Below, one piece after another: positions 52,201 to 62,400 of a stretch of DNA of 64,000 nt (position 1 is the stretch's first letter; each line of letters begins with the position of its first letter). Under the pieces are notes generated by a model. That model was not told the origin of the DNA. It ran no database searches and saw nothing but the letters and a program-made list of their open reading frames with translations. Position numbers and translations under genes: made by a program. Origin of the DNA: Chrysomallon squamiferum (lineage: Eukaryota; Animalia; Mollusca); assembly GCA_012295275.1 (NCBI GenBank), contig CM022665.1:17546001-17610000 (forward strand), given 5' to 3'.

Positions 52201-53791
52201 TGAAAGAAATGTCAGAGTTTTCAGAAACACATATATGAAAACATATACTATTTTTTTTTTAAAACTGTAATGATTATTTCATGTGACATGAAAAATAATT
52301 TTTTAATATTTTTTTTATATATATTATCATACATTCAAAAAAATGTATTTGATAAAAGTAGCTAAAATAATATCAAATGCAGTAATCAGTCACCAGGGTC
52401 TTATAATTCTTAAAATATTTGATTGTCTATAATAAAGTTTTTAACTAAATACTGTCAGTTTAATTTGGTTGCCAAAAAGTAAGAAAAATGTATTAAAAAA
52501 AATATAAACAATATTTATGGTTATGATTACCTTCTTCAGGCAAAGAATGACAACTGTCAGATTCTGCTGCAATGTTAACAGTTTCTGTACTGATGAGTTT
52601 TGATTCATTTTGTATAATGTTGGTTCTTTTTTCATTTTCTGGTCTTGGTTCACTGCATTCAGTTTCTTTGTTTTCTTTTGGACTGAGATCTTCAAGTTCT
52701 CCCATCTCATTTTGCTTTGTCATATCTTTAAGTTTTATATTTTCTTTACTCACCATATGACCGGCATTTTTCATTTCATGATTTGTGTGCTCAGCTTCCT
52801 CACTTACATAAGTTCTCAGTGACTGATCAACATTATCTCCACTGTTAGATGTTTCTTGATTTTCAGGTAAATTTATAGGTGTTTCTTGATTTTCAGGTAA
52901 ATTTAAAGTTGGATCTGATAAATCTTCTGCTTCAGTTTCCAACTTTAAGGAATGCTTTTTCTTTTTTTTCTTCTTTTTCTTTTTCTTACATTTCTTTTCT
53001 TCAGTATTTTCTTCTGCCACAGAGCTAGACTGGATTTTTTCTTCATGCTCCTGAGACTGCAGTGAATCTATCTCACTGTCAGATTTATCTGTTTGATGCT
53101 CAACCTCTGAAGACAGAAATAAGTAAAATTTATGTTGGTTATTATTATCTTATTATTTTTTATTATTATTATTATTATTATTTTATTATTATGAGAACCA
53201 AATGATGTGGTTTTATTCAAGGTTATCATTATTTGATTAATAAATAAGGCAAATTATATAGATGATCCTAATAAATTTAACAAAAATTAAATCACACAAA
53301 TTTATTTATAAAAAGATTAATAACACTAATGATGTATATCTTGAAATATAAAATAAAATGCAATTTATCTTCAATATATTGTTATTTTTAAGTGAAAAAA
53401 AAATTAGATTCACCACTTTTTTAGACAAATGATGTGTACCTTCAGATTCTGCATTGCTGCTTCTAGTTTCTGAAATGCTCAAGGCAGATTCTTTCTGAAT
53501 ATTGTCTGATCCAGTATCAAGATCCTGTCCAACTTCACTGTTTTTGTCTTTATTAAATTGTTTACCAAGTTCATCGCTTTTGAATAAAGAAATATCTACC
53601 TCAAGCCCACATTCACCACAGAATTTGTCATTAGAATCCAATTCATTTCCACAGAATTCATTTCTCCCAGGGCATTTTGCTTTCACATCTACCCTGATTT
53701 CTGAATTTTTGGAAAAATGTGTCCCACCACATTTGGTGCAAAATTTTGTTTTAGCTGGTATCTCATTAAGGCAAGAAATACATTTTTTCAT
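70..53791 (-). CDS. RNF213: RNF213/mysterin-like giant AAA+ ATPase / E3 ubiquitin ligase; 67 coding exons in window, 3' end outside window
   Basis: Exons traced from GT-AG boundaries with phase checking, in 5'->3' order: 53440-53791, 52531-53106, 51625-52128, 49682-49728, 49034-49180, 48388-48586, 46405-46690, 45762-46027, 43730-43972, 42239-42443, 41435-41508, 40420-40717, 38703-38801, 37440-37559, 36656-36809, 35867-36187, 34615-35198, 32764-32917, 30784-31004, 30144-30296, 29687-29854, 28820-29429, 27636-27813, 26961-27100, 26218-26292, 25785-25891, 24692-24827, 23886-24087, 23224-23464, 22921-23064, 22270-22378, 21825-21990, 21042-21210, 20407-20523, 19788-19986, 19504-19629, 19181-19301, 18738-18976, 18516-18598, 18086-18219, 17806-17898, 17331-17507, 17020-17180, 16496-16718, 16039-16209, 15661-15723, 14859-14968, 14436-14570, 12725-12884, 12155-12228, 11434-11563, 8082-8189, 7565-7650, 6812-6985, 6522-6645, 6158-6352, 5813-5949, 5234-5429, 4405-4870, 4087-4237, 3551-3909, 2091-2254, 1604-1825, 1167-1366, 840-960, 491-591, 70-252. 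Diagnostic RNF213 motifs: [136 protein letters not shown], then the RING. Several 1-nt indels as assembled (see findings). Confidence 0.95.
3551..4870 (-). CDS. RNF213: RNF213-like exons 4405-4870, 4087-4237, 3551-3909 (hinge / start of E3 module)
   Basis: [12 protein letters not shown]; WLSNEA...AGTFR; FLDTNRNLD...LPFSWLL. Confidence 0.9.
6812..11563 (-). CDS. RNF213: AAA5/AAA6-region exons 11434-11563, 8082-8189, 7565-7650, 6812-6985
   Basis: [10 protein letters not shown]...[13 protein letters not shown] | [36 protein letters not shown] | [29 protein letters not shown] | [25 protein letters not shown]. Confidence 0.93.
6986..7165. repeat. 43-bp tandem repeat (about 4.2 copies) containing the 3' splice site
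   Basis: CTGAAAAATAATAATTAACAGAACTGTAGTAATCAAACAAATT units start at 6986, 7029, 7072 and 7115, with a partial unit at 7158. Confidence 0.9.
8596..11300. repeat. Intronic minisatellite, 52-53 bp unit, roughly 50 copies
   Basis: Consensus AAACAGTCAATCAGTCTTGATGGTTTCATAGCTAATACTAAAAATGTATATT repeated head-to-tail within the intron 8190-11433. Confidence 0.95.
14859..16718 (-). CDS. RNF213: AAA4-equivalent module: Walker A GKPGSSKS (16496-16718), Walker B VVVLDE (16039-16209), exon 15661-15723, sensor/Arg-finger exon (14859-14968)
   Basis: [32 protein letters not shown]; SFQCSPLS; [13 protein letters not shown]; TLHPLLEDG; [17 protein letters not shown]. Confidence 0.95.
18738..19301 (-). CDS. 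RNF213: AAA3-equivalent module: Walker A GETGCGKT (19181-19301) and Walker B VLFFDE (18738-18976)
   Basis: [16 protein letters not shown]; VHGGT...[23 protein letters not shown]...LVAACNPYR. Confidence 0.95.
23224..23464 (-). CDS. RNF213: AAA core exon with Walker A-like SKRAGVGKT (AAA2-equivalent)
   Basis: [16 protein letters not shown] ... [10 protein letters not shown] with AG/GT boundaries. Confidence 0.9.
24307..24615. repeat. Low-complexity (TTTTA)n / T-rich tract
   Basis: Seen directly; explains the spurious FYFIL-repeat ORF 24410..24622. Confidence 0.85.
28368..28452 (+). repeat. Degenerate interstitial (TTAGGG)n-like tract
   Basis: GGTTAGGGTTAGGGGTTAGGGTT...TTAGGGTTTAGGGTTAGGATTAGGA. 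Confidence 0.75.
28820..29429 (-). CDS. RNF213: RNF213-like exon ending in a UBA-like insert
   Basis: ORF 28794..29465 contains [20 protein letters not shown], then [18 protein letters not shown], continuing into exon 27636-27813 (GIMWCIEH). Confidence 0.9.
29903..29976. repeat. (CAT)n-(ATT)n compound microsatellite
   Basis: Seen directly. Confidence 0.9.
30144..31004 (-). CDS. RNF213: RNF213-like stalk exons 30784-31004 and 30144-30296
   Basis: [18 protein letters not shown]...GYAPLIF and [19 protein letters not shown]. Confidence 0.9.
33841..34591. mobile_element. Non-autonomous Tc1/mariner-superfamily (Tc2/pogo-like) MITE, copy 1
   Basis: Ends CTGTATATACTTGTGTATAAGTCGA ... TTGCCTTGTACACAAGTATATATGG form TIRs. 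Flanked by TA on both sides (33839-40, 34592-93). Internal GACTTATAC subterminal repeats; no transposase ORF; near-identical to 62196-62989. Confidence 0.88.
34615..35198 (-). CDS. RNF213: RNF213-like stalk exon
   Basis: Long ORF 34555..35199 bounded by AG/GT; contains [10 protein letters not shown] and [10 protein letters not shown], typical of the RNF213 stalk. Confidence 0.88.
38881..38946. repeat. (CT)n-(CA)n compound microsatellite
   Basis: Seen directly. Confidence 0.9.
40002..40275. repeat. Compound repeat: three units of TAAATCATTATTTCCATAC-CTGA-ATATATA-AGATAG, each with an (AT)n tract
   Basis: Units begin near 40002, 40098 and 40210. Confidence 0.8.
46405..46690 (-). CDS. RNF213: RNF213-like N-arm exon (WNQYDGFV); frameshift near 46618
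   Basis: The 5' frame gives [13 protein letters not shown] and the 3' frame gives [10 protein letters not shown]...FSE ending at a GTATGC donor; the two frames differ by 1 nt. Confidence 0.7.
48388..49180 (-). CDS. RNF213: CBM20-like (starch-binding fold) domain exons 49034-49180 and 48388-48586
   Basis: [10 protein letters not shown]...[15 protein letters not shown]...FEYKYVF...E...NRKFILP fits the CBM20 pattern (V-x-F-x-V, LG-x-W, EYKY, NR). RNF213 is known to have an N-terminal CBM20. The NR motif requires a 1-nt frame correction near 48460. Confidence 0.75.
49865..50330. mobile_element. Possible old Tc1/mariner-type MITE with decayed TIRs
   Basis: Left end TACTGTTGACCCTTGATTTCACAAAC versus reverse complement of right end TTCTGTTAATCCTCAAATTCATGGAC; imperfect match. 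Confidence 0.3.
50721..50970. mobile_element. Diverged short interspersed element / MITE remnant, related to 54327-54540
   Basis: Shares CATGGC(A/C)..AACTA, GAGGTCTG, TAAACAAATTCATT...CGTTTCT and AAAATCTTTGTATAA blocks with 54327-54540. TGCCTCATTT near its end is the reverse complement of AAATGAGGCA near the start of the other copy. Confidence 0.5.
51625..52128 (-). CDS. RNF213: RNF213-like exon 3: disordered, poly-Lys; frameshift in the poly-T run near 51698-51712
   Basis: ORF 51686..51961 ends at the homopolymer and ORF 51592..51840 continues in the adjacent frame to a GTAAGC donor. Confidence 0.7.
52531..53106 (-). CDS. RNF213: RNF213-like exon 2: disordered acidic region with poly-Lys tract
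   Basis: Phase 1/1 exon containing [15 protein letters not shown] and a duplicated NLPENQET motif. Confidence 0.75.
53440..53791 (-). CDS. RNF213: RNF213-like first coding exon: double zinc-ribbon N-terminus
   Basis: Starts [22 protein letters not shown], followed by a second CPGRNEFC...KFCGECG unit. AG acceptor at 53800-53801 lies just upstream of the ATG; phase-1 donor at 53438-53439. Confidence 0.8.
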
Positions 53792-54326
53792 TTTGATATC
53801 TGAAATAAATTTCAGTAATCTTCTGTAACAAATTTATTGGATAAAGTATACTACATTTTCTTTTTAACAGATATTAAGTAATTAATTTTTAATTGTTATT
53901 AGGAATTGAAGTATAAACATGTGAATACTTTTGTAAATTAAATTTCTTTAGTTTCTGTTTATTAAATATTTATAATTATTTATAGAGAACAATACAAATT
54001 ATATTTACATTTTTAATTTTCTTCTCTTACACAATTTTGGTTCAGTAAATTAACCTTCCATGAACCTTTGGATGTATTCATGTTTCTATGCCTAGGATCA
54101 GTAAAAATTAGTTTCAGTTAACTCTGCTGTTCTGAAATCAATCAGTATAATTTATAAAAAAAAAAAAAAAGTTCTTCTTTTATTGTTATTCAAAACATTC
54201 ATTACTAAAAACAAATGCATAAAGATAAGAAATATCTTAATATTAAATTTCAATAATATTTAACTTATATTTATATTGAAAGTGTGAACATATTTTTATA
54301 AAAAATTACAATAAAGTATCGAAGTA

Positions 54327-54540
54327 CATGGCCATAACTAGACTCTTTTTGAAATGAGGCAAAAACACTTAACTGCAGAGTGGAGTGAGTCAAAAAAATT
54401 GGGGCAAGGGGTTTGAGGTCTGCCTAAGGCCCCCAGAAGCCCCGACTTAAACAAATTCATTCAGTGAATATCGTTTCTGTTGGAATAGAGATTTATATTT
54501 CATATTTTTTAAAATCTTTGTATAATAAAAAAAAAATTAA
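54327..54540. mobile_element. Diverged short interspersed element / MITE remnant, related to 50721-50970
   Basis: Colinear shared blocks with 50721-50970. Confidence 0.5.
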
Positions 54541-55087
54541 AACTAAAAAGTTGCTATATAATAATACAATTATGTATGTTTGTCATATAATTCATATATA
54601 TTGTTACATTCACAGGGGTTTTTTTTATCAGTGTTTATAACATTATAATTATGGTCATCCAATAAGAATGTAACTAGAGTTAACTATAGTTAACCAATGA
54701 GAATACAGCTGAGAAAAGGTGCTTATTAATTACATGTTGTAGAATTGATAGAAGTTCTGTATTAAATGTTTTTCATTAAATAACAAAATAAATAGAACAG
54801 AAATATTACAGTGTTTCCCTTTAGTTTAGATATCTTTTCAAAATGAAGATTCTCATTCTGATTTTTATTAAACATATCAAAATATAAATCTGTCCAGCTT
54901 TGGAAGTATTATTTTTTACTTCTCCAACTTACTTCTTTGATAAAACTATTATCTGCTGACAGATGTTATTCACAAACTTTTACTTTCAATGCAGTTTTAT
55001 AAAATTAATTCAAATAATTGGCACTGAAAATGTTCAGTCATTATATATTATATAAATAATTTCTTAATGATTAAGTTTCTTGAATTT

Positions 55088-55097
55088 GAAAGTGAAA
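55088..55097 (+). promoter_or_regulatory. Second IRF-E (GAAAGTGAAA)
   Basis: TTGAAAGTGAAATAAGAAAAC at 55086-55106, same 10-mer core as 55365-55374. Confidence 0.45.
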
Positions 55098-55360
55098 TAA
55101 GAAAACTGCTCATCATTAGTGAAAACAATTCGCTGACTTTGTTGTAATTTTTTTAGTTGCAACTAAATTCGCGAACTTGCAAATTAATCCTTGGACTACT
55201 TGGTTTCAGTATCAATATTTACATTGTATCAAGTTTTTAACAGTCATACGTTATGTTCTAATTTATTTTCTTTTTTAAATGTATGTTATATATTCATAAT
55301 TCTGATGCTGATTTCTAAATATTTTTCTTTAATAAATAATGATTTCACCCATTTTCATGG

Positions 55361-55383
55361 AATCGAAAGTGAAACCAGGAAGT
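55361..55383 (+). promoter_or_regulatory. ISRE/IRF-binding element fused to an ETS site
   Basis: AATCGAAAGTGAAACCAGGAAGT matches the AANNGAAANNGAAA IRF consensus followed by CAGGAAGT (ETS core). It sits about 1.6 kb upstream of the RNF213-like ATG in a locally CpG-richer patch. Confidence 0.6.
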
Positions 55384-57264
55384 TACCATGGACAATTCGA
55401 AAATAATTTACTATGAAAAGTAACCTGTGTGAAGCACATCAATTGTAAGAACTACGGTACTGACAGACTAGGCGCCAGACATGCGCAGTATAGATTTACC
55501 GGCCAACCCAGTATGGTCACAGGCACAGCGTGACGAGTGAATAAACAAATTACACACACTACATCATTTGTTAGCTTCATACAACCTGCCCTTAGAATAT
55601 TTTTTCTTGTTTTCTACATTTTAATTATAAAAATGCCTATATCAGGCCAGAATTTTGTGAAAAGTATCGTTTAGGTGGAACAATAATTACTTTTGCTATC
55701 TGAAACAATGTAGTGCATGATTTGTTTTTGTTTTGTTTTATTCTAATTGTTTTCTGTTTGTTTTGGTTTTGTTTTGTTTTGGTTGTTTTTTTCTCTCTGT
55801 TTTCTTTTGTTTGTTTGCTGGTGATGTTGGTGGTGGTGTTTATTATTATTATTATTATTGTTATTATTTTAATCAGAATAGTTAATCACATACTACCCAA
55901 TATAAGATGGTTAAATTACCATATATACCATATATTTCAGTTCCTGAAAAATCTGTAATAGAAATCATAATAATAATGGAACAATAATAATAACAATAAC
56001 AATAATAACAATAATCAGCTGTCAAACATTTAAGAGAAAGAAAACAAATGTCATGGCCCTTAGAATTTTTCTTTTATTTAATAGAATGTTTCTCAGAAAA
56101 ATTTCTTAATATAAAAAATTTTGGTTTTGATTTTCCTGATTGTTTTGTTTGAAATTTGAACTGTGTTTTAATAAGGATGATAATGTTGAACTCTTGAGAT
56201 ATATATATATATAAAGAAAAAAGCTGGATTGTTGTTGTTTATAATCTGGATGGTTTCATTATTATTATTATTATTATTTTGCCATTAATTAATACATTAT
56301 GATTATTTTATTTGATTTGTGTGTTGGATGATAATGTTAATCTTTATTATTAATAAATGAAATAAAATAAATAAAATAAAATATATATATATATATATAT
56401 ATATTAAAAAGAAACACAAAGCAAATTAAACACAATTCGATCCCATCATCGGCGCTCGCGAGTATTTTCCATAACGTGCTGTCAAAATATTTTAATTAAG
56501 TGTATGCATTATCAGACATAAGCTTTTTATTCTGACATTGATATATGAGACAAACAAAAAATATATAATAATTAGTTTATTTATTTAAATATATTTAGCA
56601 ACAACTGAATTCGTTTCAAAATTTTATTCTGTCGTGAGATTTTAAGAGGTAATAAATGTAATAAAAATGACTGGTATCTTTTTTCCTTGCATATTAGTTT
56701 AATTCACACTCTCCTTTACTCGGTGTTTTAATATAACTTCACGTGTTTATATCCTTAATTAGCTTGCCAACTTAAGGTTCACTTAAGCAGGACAATAATT
56801 ACATTTGCAGTCTAAAACAGTGGCAAGCACTTTTTCTTCGTCTTCTTTTAATTAAAACGTCTAGTACTGTTAAGATACAATGGTTAAATTACCATATACT
56901 CTATACATTTTAATTCATGAAAATACCCTTACCAGAAATCAATGCAATAATAAGAATAAATTTGTCAAAAGTTTGTGTGTTTTTTTTTTAATTTTTAAAT
57001 AATGATAATTATTAATTCTAAAAAGTAAATAAAACAAACAAACAAACAAAAACAACAAAAAAACAACAACAAACAAACAAACAAAATATACTTACATCAT
57101 ACGACACAGTGGTTCTAGCAGTTTTCTATTTCTGGAAAAAATCCACACACCTATTTCCTAGAATAGATAGTGAAACTAAAGTTTTATAAGACAATTAATT
57201 ACAATGAAAATAATAACAAGAGGAGAGTTACGTGCCCTTGAACATTTCATCAGTCCTAGCTGAA

Positions 57265-57300
<36 letters not shown>

Positions 57301-57425
57301 AAGGTAAAATGATGGTTTATCTCATACATTTATTAAATTTTGTATACAAATATTTGCTAGTCTTTATTTGACGGCTAATATGGAGAGTAATGGTATGAGG
57401 CCTTAATTGGGATAATTGATTTGTT

Positions 57426-57473
<48 letters not shown>

Positions 57474-57644
57474 GAAATAAAATAAAATAAAATAAAATAA
57501 AATTCGATCCCATCATAAGCGACCTGGGTGAGAGAACAAGATATGTTAATAAATTTTATAAAGTCTATATTAGATACAGGTACATAACATAGTAAATACA
57601 TTGTTTATTCTGATATATGACAACAATAACAACAACAAAATAAA

Positions 57645-57676
<32 letters not shown>

Positions 57677-57940
57677 TAATTTTTTTTTTTTTTTAAATTA
57701 AAAATTAACTGGTGGACAAAAATAGATTGATACATTACTGCTAGAGAAGAAGAAGAAAAAATCCGGAACCAAATTATGCTGCAATTATTGCTGTTTATAC
57801 ATTACCTCTTTTTCTATGAACAGATTAGGAGACGTAAGCAGAATGTGTGACGTAACATTAAAACCAGTGCGTGTGCAATATATTCCCTATTGTTAATTCA
57901 AATAAATTAGTATAATTTCTAAGTAAATAAATGCGTCCAG

Positions 57941-57981
<41 letters not shown>

Positions 57982-58115
57982 CGTTTTAATTTATACAGTC
58001 TTAACTTTATTTTAATATTTTAGCCATTAAATGTTTCACGTTGTCATCGTTGTATATGCAGCTGATAAAATATGTAAAATATTATTCATAAGTAATTTAT
58101 TTATTTATTTATTTA

Positions 58116-58158
<43 letters not shown>

Positions 58159-59256
58159 GGTTTACGGTTTGTATGTTTAGTTTGATGACTGAAGCAGAAA
58201 ACAAATTACGCAGACGTCGTTGCAAAAGAAATAATGTCTGGTTAATTTTAAAAAAGAAGAAGAAAAAAAAAAGCCTTGAGCTGCAGCCCGCTGAGCCCAT
58301 AGTCATAAATCCGATATTCTGTTATAGAAAATGATTCAGAATTCAAAAGCTTCGTGAGTGTAAAATTATGACTGCAACATTATGGGGAATGAATGTTTGT
58401 TTGTTGTTTTTGTTGTTGTTAAATTAACTTATTTAATTATTTTTGTTATTTATTTATCTATTATTTTTTTCATTTATTTTATTTTATTTTTTAATTTTAT
58501 TTTTTAATTATATAATTTACTTTGCTTTCGTTTTTATATTTTTATTTTTTCTGCCCCAAGTAGGCCTAGTACTTGAAGATAAGTAGCACAGAATAAACTT
58601 CAAGTAAGGGAGATAACCAAATCGTCAATACATTCTGTTTTTTGAAATAGAATGACTTCCCTTCGTGAAATGCTTGTTTTAGCTTGTTATGACAACAAAT
58701 CGTAATGAAAAATATTTTACGATAAGTGAACACATGACACGTCTACGCAGTCAAAGATAAAATCAGATTAATTTTATACTGAACTTTGGATCCAACCCAT
58801 AATAATTTTTTTCGTAAGTGGTGTCATTAATATATCTGAGAAAACATATCGATTGTTACAAATTATCATCCTACAGTTACACTAAGTTCTAAAATTGATT
58901 TCATTATTAAAAAAAATAAATGTTTTTTATAAGGTTCAAGATTTTGTAATTTGTGAGGAATTATTACTATGTGGTTTTGAATTCGTTATTCGTAAAAACA
59001 TTTAATCTTTCTAAATGCCTGTGATTTATGTTTTTAAATTTTTTAAATCAGTTACTGTGTTTTTCAGTTTGTGTATATTTGTATAATTAAGCCTTTTTCT
59101 TTCTTTCAAAATGCAGTAAAATATTTTTATAACGATTTATTTTTGAAACTTAGTAAATAATAAATTTAAATGATAATATTATTTATTTTAATTTTTTTTA
59201 CAGAGTTTCAAAATATATTTTTTTTAAATTATATTTCTGTTTACTTTCCTCTCATA

Positions 59257-59292
<36 letters not shown>

Positions 59293-59439
59293 TAATCATA
59301 TTATCGTTTAATCTGAATCTAATAACAGATTTTTATCAGCCTTTTTTTTTATGTTTGAACAGTTACACCTTTGAAAGTTAAAAGAAGAATTTGTTTTTTC
59401 TCTCCTTATATTTGTAGTTGATGTGTAAATCAGCCAAAG

Positions 59440-62400
59440 ATGATGTCTTTATTTCGTTGTGCTGGTGATATTGTGTTTGACAGGGTGGCACCAGTACCAG
59501 GTCAAATCTGTAAAGTACATCTAAAAGAATTTTCAGAAACGAGCAATTTTCTCCAGTATTTGTCTCCATTGTCCCCTGAGAGGCCTTATTTTTTTATTCA
59601 GGTGTCAAATCTGGGTAAGATATGAATATTATTGCAAATGTTAAGATAGATTTTAAAAACAAACAAAAAAGCAAGAAAAAACATTTTAAGATAGTTTAAC
59701 AGCAAATATATATATATATATATATATTTTTTTTTTTTCATTTAATAGTTGAACTGTCATTAACTTTTACAGTTCATCTCAGTAGTCATAAATTATTATT
59801 GTTATAATTCAGTAACATTCAGTTTGAGATCAACTAAATATAAAATATCTAAACATTCACATTCAAAAGCTGTAATAATATTTAGAAACAGTATTATTGT
59901 TATTGTTATTTTTTATTTTTTATTATAGGACACTTACATAGTGCACAATTTATTAATTCTCTGACTTAAGACATTTTTCTATTTTATACATATTTTAACT
60001 TCTTGGAGAGCATATGGCTTATGCTGCCATATTGGTACAGTGCACTAATCATACATATAACCATCACATACTATCTGGTTCTCACTTAGAGTTGTCTGAG
60101 TGAACCACAGTTACCACATGACACACCATTGCAGCTTTGAAGCCATGAACGTGTGACCTTTTGGTTATGGCTCTGTTGCTGTAACAGCTGCTCCATCACT
60201 GCCATGACATCTGTATTTTAAGTTATATAAAAAAAAAAAAAAAAACATTTACAGAAATCTGATCCATATTAAGATTGATCCTGCAGAAAACAAATGATGA
60301 TGGCACCAACATATTTAAAAATTGTACTTCTTTGTTGTTAAACATATTTATAATTAAGACAGAAAACAAGCTAATAAATAAAGAAAGAAACAAAATAATA
60401 TATTATAATTTAATCCTTATTACTCAAAAAAAACCCCCAAAACTTCAAAAACATTATGGTTAAAAATGAATAAGATTAATTAATGCTGTTACTTATTTAT
60501 AAGGATCTGTATTCTTACTAAGTCATATTTAAATTTTGTTCATATTGAATGTTTTAAAATTAAAACATAATATTTAATTTTCAGCTAACTCTGGCAGAAT
60601 AACTATTGGAATTGCAGGACCTGATATTGCTGATGAAGCCTCCCCAGGAAATTGGAATAATTCTGTTGGTTGTCATAGCAACACAGGAAGATGTTTTACT
60701 TCACACAATGGTGTTGCAAACACAGATGGTGAATGTTTTGGCCAAGGTAACTTGTTTAAAATGAAAGTAACTTTTGTAAGTTGTTATTGTTTTTATTGTA
60801 TTCTGAATCAGTTCATTTGTATACATATTTACAGGTGATGTATTTGGAGTGTTGGTCACATACTTTGGCGAAAAGATGTCTACTGTTGTGTTTTTGAAGA
60901 ACAATAATCCTGTTGCCACAAGGTTTGTTAGATAAACTTGTTATTTATATAGAATATACATTAATTTGATTTCTGCACATTGTTGAGAGAAAAACTTATT
61001 TATATCTGTTTTCTTCAAATACCAGGTGTATAATTAAACTGATTTTAATTTTACATATATTTAATTTTGAACTTAATTATTTTTTTCTTTTGATCAGAAG
61101 TATTAATGTACTTTATACATAATATTGTAAATTTGTCTGATTTTATTGTTCTGTTTTTTTATGTAAACTGATCAAAAAGCAGTAATAAACATACAAACAA
61201 AATTAATTAATAATCAGAATATGAATATTAATGTAATCAACAATAATATTGTTCTTTTCTATTTTAAAAGTAAGTATTTATTCCAATTTTCTTTTTTAGA
61301 TTTTTGTTTGAACCTGATCACCAGTGCTATCTTCCAACAATATCATTAGAAAATGGTCCAATTGACCTTGAGGTCATGTGGCCTGATGCTGTGGTCCACA
61401 TTCCTCACTTCAGTGAAGTGAGTGGGAAAAATTCAGTTTACTTAATGTTTTTAAATATCTTTTTAATTGGAAAAAAAATTAACATTATTTTACTAGTTAT
61501 TTGAAACCTAAATACTGATATTGTTTATTTATTTTGTACAGAAGATCAAAAGTAAGTAACTTTTCCAATGGTTTACTTGCTCTTGATTATTTTAATTTTC
61601 ACCATCAAGAAATAAATAATTGTATACTTCAAAATTGTAGATCTGAATAGCTGAATATTAAAATTGTTTAGAGATGCCATTAAATAGATATTCATTTATC
61701 CATTTATTCACATTTGAATAACCAGTAAGATATTAATGTAAGGTATAATACACACACACACACACACTTAATATTTTGTTTACCTTCAGTGTACTGTGAA
61801 TATAAAGATTGGATGATACTGATACATTCAGTTTTGCAGCACTGTCCATCCATCCATCCATCCATCAGTTCATTCTTCTTTTAGTATAATAATTTAATAA
61901 AATGATTAGCTTAGGCTGCATGCAATATAATTACTTCACGTATCCTTAGTTTATTCATTCATTCATAATTTATTCATCCTTAGTTTTTTCATCCTTCATT
62001 TATTCATTCACTGATTCTTGTTTTGATATAATTACAGAAAAATATGCTTCATTGGATACTGCCTGCTGGAGTGAGATATCTCACAATAGATAACATATTT
62101 TCTTATGAAGGAGGAGATGATTGTGTTTGTATTCAGAGTCCATGTTCATTGACCACTGGTGGGTAAACCATAACTTTGAAGAAGTCCTTTAAATACTGTA
62201 TATACTTGTGTATAAGTCGAATTTTTGGGAGACTATATTAAGGTAATATTTTGGGGGTCGATTTATACATAGGTAATGCTTTTGTAGCTGTTGCTGAAGA
62301 GTCGCCATTTTGACTATTTTTTGCTACGGGATGCATCTAAAATAATCGCGGTCTTTCAGCTTTTAAAAAATATAATTTTATTGTATAAAAAATTTTGAAA

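Noticed and set aside
70-53791. Many separate small genes, or a dynein/midasin gene
   Set aside because: Splice phases chain into one reading frame, and the motifs and domain order (Zn ribbon, CBM20, stalk, AAA modules, RING) are specific to RNF213.
58620-58820. Non-coding first exon and promoter of the SPRY gene (GTAAGT donor near 58814)
   Set aside because: Plausible, but cannot be established without transcript data.
59930-60210. SINE-like or ncRNA-like, more GC-rich intronic patch (similar patches near 46860-46930 and 8400-8600)
   Set aside because: Probably decayed interspersed repeats, but there is no second copy in the window, no clear A/B boxes and no target-site duplication, so they cannot be supported without a repeat library.
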